A DNA stretch of 61,396 bases, the filler included, from Basidioascus undulatus (taxonomy: Eukaryota): the NCBI GenBank assembly GCA_000826855.1. It is 6 parts of 6 records of this genome, joined end to end, with 100 filler letters (N's around TTAATTAATTAA, not from the genome) between each part and the next. Parts side by side here need not be neighbours in the genome. Positions count along the whole stretch, not along the records: positions 41,080 to 47,791 come from JTLS01001684.1; positions 47,892 to 54,597 come from JTLS01001685.1; positions 54,698 to 61,396 come from JTLS01001686.1; 3 more parts are not named here. One strand, given 5' to 3'. How positions within the stretch are numbered: position 1 is the first letter of the stretch; every line of letters starts with the position of its first letter. Below are positions 46,451 through 56,654 of the stretch, in pieces. The notes beneath the pieces were generated by a model. It did not search any database. It saw only the letters and a list, made by a program, of their open reading frames with translations, and was not told the origin of the DNA. A program made the translations under genes and the position numbers.

Positions 46451-47791
46451 TGTGTTTCGTAGGTTGTGTGCGTGGTGTAAACGAGTGACTAGGGTCGGAG
46501 AAAAGAGTGACGGAGAGAAGGAGATTGATTATAAGCTGATGATGATGGTGCGAATGGAACCGGGACAAGGCCTCGGTTTGTGTGCGTCTGCGATGCACAG
46601 ACCGGGCGAGAAGCCTGAGGGAAAGGGGCGCTGGTCGTGGGCCGCCTGCAGGCAGGCGCGTCAGTTGTCAGGCACGATCGCATGCGTCTCGGCAGAGCTT
46701 CGGCACTTGGTGTGCTGTGCCTCGTTGCAGTGCCTCGTTGCCAGGATGAAAAAATGAAAATGTTGCACAGCAGGCGGGATGGATGCGAATTTGTTCCCGC
46801 TGGTCGGGATGGCTCATCTACCAATCCTCAGATACATTTTCTGGGTTGGTGGATCGGAAGTTTAGAAGAGCTCAAGCAGGGGTTTCCGACTTCTCCGGCG
46901 GGAACGTGCTTCGTGCTTCCATCCCATATGTAATCCTCGGGACAAGCGCAGCTCCGGTTTTCTTCTCCGTCACGGGAGTTCCTGGATACGCCTGATATGA
47001 TCTGAGAGTCGACCGTGACCCACCGGATCTGCGGCAAACAGTGCGGCGGCATTCATGGCTATGCGCTTCACGCACACAAACTCAAGATGGCTTATTCGTT
47101 TGAGCCCGGCAGAGTGTACTGGCTCGAACACCTCTGTCTCCAGATGAGAGCTATAGCAAGACCTAGATGTGATGCAAGGACGTTCTGCACGGCTGCGCCC
47201 ACTACCTTCGAAGCGCGTATACACTCACGAATGACTTGGCTGACGTGATTGTGACTGCCTTACCCTTTTGAGCACGTTTTGATTGTATAATGATGTTCTC
47301 AGTGCTCAAACCCCGAGAAACACCAAGTCGCTGTGACTTTTCCACAGTGCTCGTACACCACCGCGGAGACGAACCATGTTACCCTTTGCTGGTCTCATTA
47401 TCCACCTTTACTACCGCCCCCGGAAGCAAACAGCCATACCCAAAATTCATTTCACCATCTAGGGCATTCCCCTTATAAGTCACCGTCCGCCGTGTCCGCG
47501 CATTCCTTGCATCTCGTCCAAAGACGGTTGCTTCCTCCGCATCCCCTGCCACCTTGCTCTTCATCTCGTCCTCAATAGTCGTCATGAGCTCCCATGGCGT
47601 CATCCCCACAGCCTGGTACCCGCCACTCCTATATGCTCTTCCATATGTGGGCATCGGAATGCTATGGCTCTATCTTGCCCTGCTGTTCCTCCTGCCGGCC
47701 GGACTGCTCGTCCGAGCTGGTGTCAGGATCCGGCAGAGCGAAGCAGACCGCAACGGGGGCTACCCGGGGCTTGTGGGGGCAATGGTTGATT

Positions 47792-47891
47792 NNNNNNNNN
47801 NNNNNNNNNNNNNNNNNNNNNNNNNNNNNNNNNNNTTAATTAATTAANNNNNNNNNNNNNNNNNNNNNNNNNNNNNNNNNNNNNNNNNNNN
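47792..47891. other. Artificial contig linker
   Basis: 44 N + TTAATTAATTAA + 44 N. Confidence 0.98.
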
Positions 47892-48281
47892 GGGGGGGGG
47901 GGGGGGTGTAAGAAAGGAAGAGGCCCCACGCACCGATAGAACCCCCATCAAAGAAGAGCGCGGCGTCGTTCCAGCTGTGGAGCTTCCCGAGGAGGCTGAC
48001 GAGCGCGAGGCCGATCATGGCGTGGAGGAAGACCTTGACGGCCTGGGGCGCGGCGGCGAAGGTCGAGTAAAAGCCGAATCCGGCGTCGATGTGCTCGGGC
48101 TCGAGGGTGGGGAGGAAGAGGACGCGGTAGTCGTGGAGGAAGCAGATGAACTGCACGCCCAGGAGGAACGAGATCGTCGAGAGCACGGTGGCCGTTAGGA
48201 ACGCCCTGGTGCCGCCGCCCCGCCCAGTATGTGAGCAGAAGGGAATAATGATATCTTTGGGAATTATTGGGTCAGTTACAT
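47892..48281 (-). CDS. SHR3: ER amino-acid-permease packaging chaperone Shr3 (3'-truncated at contig edge)
   Basis: MAFLTATVLSTISFLLGVQFICFLHDYRVLF...FYSTFAAAPQAVKVFLHAMIGLALVSLLGKLHSWNDAALFFDGGSI matches the Shr3 pattern (F.LG...D...L, Y....P...LH...G...KL......FDG.S). Confidence 0.88.
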
Positions 48282-48580
48282 TGCGCGTGAAAGGAGAGTA
48301 ATGAGGGCGAGAGTGTAAGAAGGGTGAAAGGGTAAAGGGCGAAGGTGACGCGCCGCTATCTGGCGCACGCGGCGGCCAAGTCGCGGCTGGCCGGCCCTGA
48401 AGGCTGGCTAGTAACTATGACTAGCTATACTACAGCCGCGCTGAAGCCCGCCTGCCCTGCGCCCGCACGCTCACGTCCTCTCCATCACCGCCGACTTGCT
48501 GTCGCTGCGTCGCGTGCATCCTTTGGAAACCCTCTTTTTACGCACAGAGCTCTACACGCGCATAGGAATACTCTGTCAAG

Positions 48581-49552
48581 ATGGTACGACTCCCTCTTGG
48601 TTGCGGTACGAGCTCCAGGTAACTGACGCGTCGTCTTGCCTTCTTCCCCGTTCTCTCCCCGCGCGCTCTGCTCTTGTTTTTATTCTGCTGCGATGTGATG
48701 CGATGCGCCCATAGCCGCCTCCTAAGCAGAAGCACAGCCGGATGGTCTCCCTGGTGCGTCCCCCTCCATCCCTGCTGCCCTCCGCCTAGGCACGCTGAAC
48801 CCACCTGCCCGCAAATAGATCAACTACCGCCTGCGCGTGACGCTCAACGACAGCCGGCAGCTCGTCGGCCAGATGCTCGCGTTCGATAAGCACATGAACC
48901 TCGTCCTCGTCGACACCGAGGAGTTCCGCCGCCTCAAGGGCGCCAAGCAGCCCGAGGGCGCAGAGATGAAGCGCACCCTCGGCCTCGTCATCCTCCGCGG
49001 CGAGAGCATCGTCAGCCTCTCCGTCGAGGGCCCGCCGCCGGTGAAGGACGAGAAGGAGGTTCGTCCCGGGCGTGCCACTGGGGGTTGGTTTTGGAAGGAG
49101 GCTGATGAAGGGCTTGGGTTGGACGAGGGTAGATCGCGCCGGGTCCGGGCATCGGCATGCCCGCGGGTCGTGGGATGGGCATGATGGCGCCCGGCGGCGG
49201 TGCCGCCCCGCCCGCATTCGCTGCGCGCCCCATGCCGTACGGCGCCCCGCCGCCCGGCTTCCCCGGCATGCCCGGCGCGCCGCCTGGCTTCCGTCCTCCT
49301 CCTGGGTGCGTCCCTTCAGCATCTCTTTCTACCACTCCTCCCGCTAACAAGTTGTCTGAACCTCTCTGTTTCCTCCGCACAGCTTCCCCGGCGCTCCTCC
49401 CCCCGCCTTCCCAGGCGCGCCCCCGCCCGGCTTCCCGCCCGCTGGGTGCGTCTCATGCCCTTCCCTTCCTCCCTCCTCTTCGCTTTCTGACCCAATCCCC
49501 CCTTCCCTTGCCCTGGCACGCCCACAGCTTCCCCCCTCGTCCCCCTCAATAG
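48581..49552 (+). CDS. SMB1: Small nuclear ribonucleoprotein SmB
   Basis: [54 protein letters not shown]...[24 protein letters not shown]|...PAGRG...PPPGF repeats...FPPRPPQ*. Confidence 0.96.
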
Positions 49553-50030
49553 ACGTATCTCCCGCTCCGGTGGACGTGCGGTGACGCGCGGATGGGTTGG
49601 GCCGCGCAGGGGTTGTACAAAAAAGGGAATCGGGAGGGCAGGAGCGGCGGGGTGGAGAGCTGGGTGTGTACAAAAGCTTTATCATTTATCGTGGTGCCCG
49701 TCCCCGAAGCCGGGCACGGAGCGATCTGTACTTTACCGTGTACCGTTCGCGGTGCGGCGGCGACTGGGAGGAGCGGGGGAAGTCACGTCCTCGCTGGCTG
49801 TCGCTCGAGAGGATTTGTCCGGACCCACTCATGCCGATTATCGACAGCTCGTCGTTCGACGGCTCTTCACTTCACTTCACGGGCGCAGTCAAGATTTCGT
49901 TTGGGGCGGCGGGATGATCGATCAATCGGGCCGTTGGAGTCATCTGCCCGTCGATGGGGTCTAGCCGCCCATGCACGCTCGCTCCATACAATCACTGAAC
50001 GGGCGATGCCCTGGCGCATCTAATAGACAC

Positions 50031-50071
50031 ACTCTCTTATCTTACCGGAACTACTCTCTTATCTTACCGGA
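50031..50071. repeat. Exact 19-nt tandem duplication (22-nt period)
   Basis: ACTCTCTTATCTTACCGGA-ACT-ACTCTCTTATCTTACCGGA. Confidence 0.9.
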
Positions 50072-51234
50072 GCTCGCCCGTCGTCCGCGTCAGTCCGTGA
50101 TCGCCTAGCCTGTCCATGTGCCATCGCTTCGGGACTTCGCGCGCGCTCCAACGACCGACAGATGCCTGCTCTCGAACGGAGTCAAACCGCGCGTGGTCCT
50201 TGCAGCGCTCTAAATGGTGGAAGTCGGGGCATCAGGGCATCGAATCGCTGATGCCGGGAGAGACGACAACTGGCTCACTGCCGTCCATTTACGTTGGTCA
50301 GGGCCTCCGAGAAGACGTTGGTCTTCCTCCACGGGCTGGTTGCTATATAGGACTAGGCGTTCGGCATCCACGGTGCCTTCCGGCTGCGAGGACGAAGTGG
50401 AGAGGAGAGAGCAGGCGGGAAGAGGGTCGGGTCGATGTAATGCCTCGCCGGCAACCCCTGGGGACATTGAAGCACCGGAATAACGAGACTTGGCTGGGTT
50501 CGGTTATCTCTTCAATTCCTATGCGCTCTCTGTGTGCCATTCCTTACGCATACATTAGACCGTTGAAAGGCCGAAGCGATCTCCTCAAACTCACGGGTGG
50601 CACATTTCCGCTGCAATGCGTTCTGCCATGCCTTTTCTTTTCCCCTCGCTGTCGAGCGACTAACTTGACACTCGGCTTTCTTCAACTGGGATCTGGTCTT
50701 GCCACTACTGCTACAATGCTACCGGATACTCGATCGTGCGTCTCCGCAAATGTGCAAATATACACTGGAAGGAAACGAGCTGTTGGCATCTGGCACCTGA
50801 GCCTGACGGTCGTGGTCCTACGACACGGACCAAGACTCAAGGACAAGGGGTAGTCTCGAAGCGTATGGTGGGATTTTCATGGAAGTACTAAAAGATACAT
50901 AAGCGCGAGAAGATTGTGCCGAAAGAACATCACGTGACGAAAGCCAAGGGGGGGAAGAGCGCGAGGGCGCGGGGATGTACGATGTGCTTGGTCTCTGCAG
51001 GAATAAAGGCGAGTCAGCAGGAATTTAGTGCTGAAAGTTAGATGTGAAGTATCATGGCTCCGGCATGCCGCAAGCATCGCCGTTCAACGAGTTCCCCCTT
51101 CATGCTAGCCCTCGTTTCGCCCGACCAATCCCAGCTCCTCGAAGCCCAACCGCCTTGCCAGAGACACCGCGGCATTTCGCACTCCCCAGACCGCCCTTTA
51201 GATTCCACCCGCGCTTCGGCTGCCCACGACTCAC

Positions 51235-51343
51235 CGTGCGCAGACACAGCTCCCATTACGTGCGAAGTGGGCCCGTAGATCCTGTCAAACTCGCTCTTGA
51301 TGTGCTGCGCCGCATTGCCCATCTCGTTGTTGTACTTCTTCAG
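51235..51343 (-). pseudogene. Dynein light chain LC8 (DYN2/DYNLL) pseudo-exon
   Basis: LKKYNNEMGNAAQHIKSEFDRIYGPTSHV resembles the LC8 consensus [27 protein letters not shown]. It is followed by a frameshifted GSCV.H (GSYVTH) and a GTGAGT donor. The VVGKNF segment is missing. Confidence 0.7.
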
Positions 51344-53854
51344 CCCTCTGAGCTGGAAACCCAAACCAATACTCTCAGCGTCGACCTTTGTGCGGTCCAA
51401 GGATGTGGGGGACGAGGGGAACTCACGCAACGTCCACCGCCCGCTGCTGCATCTCCTCGGACATATCCACCTTCTACCGTCGCACTCCACCTCAGCGGCG
51501 ATGAGCAGGGCTTATGCCCATGACCCCACAAAGACGCACCTTGAAGACGGCCTTCGCCGCCGGGGGGCCGGGGCAGGCGCAGCAGGCGCCTGCGGCTCGT
51601 GACCGTGGGGGCAGCGGAAGGCCTTTCACGGGGCAGATTTTCAGCTGAGCTGTACCTTGCAAGGCCCCGCAATTGTCTGTGGATGTACAGAACTGGCCGA
51701 AAAACCTGACTGGCTTTGGAAGCAATGGGGGCGGGCCCATCGCTTCCAGCACCTGTCCCAGAGGTCCAGGAATCGCTGTCGAAGATCTCGCCCTCATGAT
51801 CCCACTTCTCGACCTCATCCAGGTAGCTCGGATGATTGTCCTGAATCCTCCTCGGACGCGTCGCTTGGGCGAGGACACTGGCAGCAGCTACAGGACTTGG
51901 CATCGATCAACCAAGGGTCTTTCACATTTCTCGAATTATGGAAACAATTTTTTACCCAGTTTCCATACACTTCCAGGCCGAAGCCCTCCGCAACGCCCAG
52001 CAGCTCATCACCACTGGGTGGAATGCTCAATCTTGCTGTTGACTTTGCCGACTTACGGAACTCAAGAAGGAAGACGTGTTTGAATAGTACACCATTTAAC
52101 GGGAGACTGTAACCATTGTTATGGGTGGTAAATGGAAAAGTGTCAGTATATGCCTCTTTTCTCCGCTAGACAGGCCGTCTAGTAGGGACCTGCTTAAAGG
52201 GTCTGCCCGCCGAGTCGCTCTTACATTGCTCCCAGCCGCCGTGCGCTTTCTCACCCCCTTTGCACTGTACCCCATTTCTTTAGAATTTTATACACTTTTA
52301 TCAGGCAAAATTAGTCCGAGTGCTCCTCAGGAACGCATTTTCTTTCCAGACAGTCCTCTGCCTGGGGACGGGCGCAGTTGAAGCTGCGCTTGCCGGCCGA
52401 CATTCTGCTCAGGCTCTTATTCAAAATTCAGATACTCATAAAACGCGAGAAGGAAGTATCCAAGGACTCCTGCGGTGAACTCGCTATCCGGCGGGGGTCG
52501 ATACGGCTGCACGGAGACGCTGTATCATGATGCCCCGAAATCAACTTCGCGTGAGTGTCCCTTCCTAGGAGGCGTCCCTCGCCGTGGCTTCTGGAAGAGA
52601 AAGTACTCAACCCTATGAGAACAGGAGATATCCCCAACTCCGAACCGACCCGCCGTCGTCGCAGCGGGGGTGATCGATTGAAGCTACGTATACCCCAAAT
52701 CTCTAGTCTCCGCTGACAGCGGCACTGAGCTGAGCGACTGGGCTCGAGAAAACCAACCTAAATAAACGTGATCCCAAAGATATTCTCATCGCCGGTGGTT
52801 GTACATTGAATTTCAGGGACATGTTACAATAGCAGCCAATTGAGGAGGCCAGGGTCTTCTGTTGTCGCGATCTCGAGCTTCCAGCCAAGTGAGCGTCCCA
52901 AGCGTTTATCCTGCCGATTCTAAGTGCGAAAGAACGAACGATATAACTCCTTACATATGCCTATCTTTCCTAAGGCAAGCGCCAGCCCGGCACGCTCGTA
53001 CGGCGTACGTCCACTGCGCTGCAGCCTGCCGTCGCCTCCCCCACTCCTCTGCACATCCCACTCCACCTCTTTCACCTCCCATTCAGCCCCTTTCGCTCCT
53101 GCTCCGCCATCATCCCCAAAACCCAGCATCACACAAGCAAACGCGTCGGCGCACAAACGCGCAAGCGTGCATGCGTGCGACTCAACCGAACACCCAAACA
53201 GACAGGAAAACCAAAAGGAGCAAGTCCATCTTGAAGTCCAAGCGCATCAAACCATCATCCGCGGGGCCGGTCGATAGTGAGACGGGAGGCGGCGAGGCGA
53301 TGGGAGGTGAGGTGAAGGGGTGCGTGAATCAAGCATGAGGAAGCATGTGGAAGCGTGAATCGGGTGTGAATAGCATCAACAGCATACAACAGAAAGGGAG
53401 GCACAGGTAGGTGGGTGTAAAAAATGGCGCCGGGGTGGGTGGGTCGAATGGTACGCGACTGTGCGAGGATGGGAGGTGTGACGAGAGACGAGAGGAGGGC
53501 GGAAGATGGGGCCGGGCCGTAGGCGTGCGGCGTGCGGTGTGCGGCGTGCGGTTAAATGGAGAGGTGGGGTGGGCAGGAGAGAGCAGAGGCGGCGTCGGGA
53601 TTGGGAGCAAGGGAGGCGGAAGCGCCGGCGGAGATGTAAGTTAGGAGAGGGTGTGAGATACGTAGGCGGGGGTCGATTAGGGTAGATAAAGCGTCGCAGG
53701 AACCGGACCGGGCGGACGGTAGTGCGTATGTGAAGGGCGAGCGCGGATGGACCCGCGGCGGCGAACGGACGGTGATTCGATGGCCGGGCGAAGATAGCGG
53801 GAACAGGGCAATGGGAGGAGGGAGGAGGGAGGTACGCGTCCGCCTCGCGCGCTG

Positions 53855-54597
53855 TCAGCAAACCGTACACCCCCCACCTCCCCCCCTTCCCGCAGCCGCG
53901 CCGCCCTCCAGCCCACGCGCCTTCGCCCCCACGGCCACGCGCGCAGCCTCGTCGAACGCCTCGGACACGCCGCGGTTGTGCTTGGCTGAACACTCTGCTC
54001 CCACCACACCCAAACCCCAAAGGCGAAGCACCTCGTCAGCCCACTATTTTGTCCCTGTGTGAACGCAGTCACGGGAAAGAAATGTGGAGCGTGGGAGAAG
54101 CGGGGAAAGGAGCAGAGCGCCAGGAGGGAGAAGGTAGGTCGGGTGGGGAGGGGTCCGAAAGGCGGAGGAGATGGGGTGAAAGGTGTGGGAGGATGTGGGG
54201 AGATGTGGCAGAGAAAGGACCACCCACCCAAGTACCGGCTCGCCCGTATCCTCCGCGCAACAGCAAGGCCCCCCTCGTACCCGACCGTGCGCAGCCCGCC
54301 CGCCCGCGCGAGCTTCTCCTGCGTCGAGGGGTCGTCGCGGAGGTCGCATTTGAGGGCTGCGAGCGTGTGCTCAGTGTCCAGCCCAAGGAGGAAAGAGGGG
54401 GGTGACGGGGGACGAACCGACCAACACGATCTTCACCCCCGGGCAGTTCTCCACTATCTCGTCTATCCATCGCGTCTCGACGTTCTCGAGGGAGACGGGC
54501 TGTTTCCGCCCACCGCATCACCATAGCGCGCGTCAGGGTGAGGTCTGAGATTGTGTGAGGAGGGGGAAGGGGGGGGGGGCGCGTACGGAGTCGACTG
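53855..54597 (-). CDS. RHO3: Rho3-type small GTPase (5'-truncated at contig end)
   Basis: VDS|PVSLENVETRWIDEIVENCPGVKIVLV|ALKCDLRDD...YEGGLAVARRIRASRYL|ECSAKHNRGVSEAFDEAARV...GGCTVC* (CaaX box). Confidence 0.9.
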
Positions 54598-54697
54598 NNN
54601 NNNNNNNNNNNNNNNNNNNNNNNNNNNNNNNNNNNNNNNNNTTAATTAATTAANNNNNNNNNNNNNNNNNNNNNNNNNNNNNNNNNNNNNNNNNNNN
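54598..54697. other. Artificial contig linker
   Basis: 44 N + TTAATTAATTAA + 44 N. Confidence 0.98.
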
Positions 54698-55883
54698 TGC
54701 ATCGTCCCAGCCACACAATCAGCATCTCGCGAAACGAAAAGAAGAGAAGGAAACGAAAGGCCGCTACCAATTCCGCCTTCTTCTTGTCGTGGTTGTCGAT
54801 TTTGAGAAGGTCAAGATCCCAAGCCGAAGTGGAGAACTCGATCAGGTCGGGGGTGCGGTTGAGGTTCTGCAAGGCGAATAGAGTAAGCGACGCCGAGCGA
54901 AGCATTGGGCGCAAGGGACCGTCCGACCTGGAGAAGGGGCGCGCCGACTGAGCGGATCCGATCCTCAATCAAGCTGGGCGGAGAGTAGTGATGCTAGCAG
55001 ACGCGTGGATGAACAAGAGATCAGCTTTCATAGCCTCCGCACCCGTCATGTCGGAACACATACCGTCTTAGCCGGCCAGAACCCGCCTACGCTCCAGTTC
55101 TCGCCATCCTTCGTGGCTGAATCGTCCTCACCGATCGCCCAGTAGTACATGATGGTAAAGTTCCACGCGGGGACTTCACACAGCCAAGGGCGCGAGAGCG
55201 AGCTCGCCGACGGGATGTGCGGCACGGCATCGCGCTCGCGCTCGAACGCATATCGCGGGTAGAGCGGATCGTCGAGCATGACGACGCGCATCTTGAGACC
55301 CATCACTTGGCAGAAGTGCTCGGTGTGGTGCCGTGAAATGGAATCGCCTGCCGGTCGATGCGTCACGGGGGTTAAGCAGGCCGAGACTTTTGAGTGAGAT
55401 GAAGCCCGGGTCATTAAAGAGCTGAATTAGAGACACACCGAATAGGACGACTGTCCTGTTTTGGAGCCACCCCATATCCTCACCCGCCTCCTCAGGACCT
55501 TTCCGAGCGCGCTCGACGAGCGGCGGAGGCGCGGATACGGAAGGGTCGAGCGGGACCCAGCGGTTCTCCTCGGGGACATAGTAGTTCGCCTGGTAGATTC
55601 CAGGCTCCTTGTATGGGTTGGGAGACGGCGGGCGCGGCCAAGGCGATACGCGCCGGGAGGTGCCGGAGAAGGGGAGATAGCGCTGGGCGGTCTGGAGGTG
55701 GGGCTGCGCGGGAGGGGAAATGAAGAGGAGGAAGAGAAGCAGTGGGACGCCGATGTATAGCGCCGGCCGAAGAAGTCGACGCCGGGAGGTCGGTGAAAAT
55801 ATACTGGAAGAAGGAGAGGAATGTGGTGAGGCAAGCGAAGAAACAAGACGCGCAACGAACCCTTCGGAGGGATCGAAAGCCAT
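54698..55883 (-). CDS. CAP64/CAS3-like capsule/polysaccharide-modifying protein (SGNH/PC-esterase-like, type II membrane); 3'-truncated
   Basis: RRRLLRPALYIGVPLLLFLLFI signal-anchor, PNPYKEPG...NRWVP, WLQNRTVVLF|GDSISRHHTEHFC, RPWLCEVPAWNFTI, PDLIEFSTSAWDL. This is the GDS...FC / PD.I.....WD pattern of the Cryptococcus Cap64/Cas3 family. Confidence 0.75.
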
Positions 55884-56654
55884 TGCGACGACGACTCGGC
55901 CTGTCGAGCGAACGACGATGGAGAACGTATCGATCGATGTAATTAGTAGACCGATTGAGTATAAAGAGGATGCAGCTGAGTGAGAGACGTGAAGGTCAAG
56001 CACGGGAAGTGAAGGTCAAGCTTGATGGTCTCGCGGACTTCTCGCGCAGTGTTCGCGTCTCGCGCCGACCGCCGCCACGCCCGTCAAAGCGTGCCTGGCA
56101 GGCCCAGACTTGTTCGTCTTCGCACGCTCCTCCGAGCACGCTCGACGAGAAGTGCAACCGACTGCACCACAATGAATGTCAATGAATTATACGAAATATA
56201 ATTGCGATGCTCAGAGATGCCCTTGTGGATGCACTTTGTGACGCAGAATTGATCAACATGTACTGTTCTGTCGAGCTGCCTGTCAAGGCCAGGTCCGGAC
56301 GCAACGATCTAATTCAAACGCTTCTGCATGCAGTAGTGTGCATCTGATGTCCTCTAGAATTACACCAGGCCATAAAGCTTCAAAAGTAAGTTTATATGGA
56401 AGCCTTGCTTCTCACACTGGAGGGTGCTTGAAGTGCCGGTCCAAGGCATCCCTGCAGGCGACAGGCACAACTTGCTCCCGTGCGCGGTGCATGTATGAAA
56501 AACAACATCGTCCGTTGCAAGCAATCGTGCAGCATGCTACAAGCTCCCAATGAGGTATCGTAAGTGTAAGAAAATAAAAACGAAGCAAGTGCCAATGATG
56601 CGGAAACGTGCGCGATCCCCGATCCGCTCGTAGTGAAACGTCCGTCCTCCTTCT

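Noticed and set aside
41080..47791. Possible genes at 41080-41440 (-), 42441-42797 (+), 44400-44790 (-) and 47480-47791 (+)
   Set aside because: Only weak coding or hydrophobic character and no recognisable family; they may be truncated or decayed genes but cannot be supported.
52862..53338. 158-aa plus-strand ORF downstream of Rho3
   Set aside because: Low-complexity sequence with no motif; more simply the antisense of the Rho3 3' region.
27393..54653. TTAATTAATTAA recurring about every 6.8 kb as a periodic biological repeat or array
   Set aside because: It is always flanked by exactly 44 N on each side and gives stops in all six frames, so it is a synthetic contig joiner.
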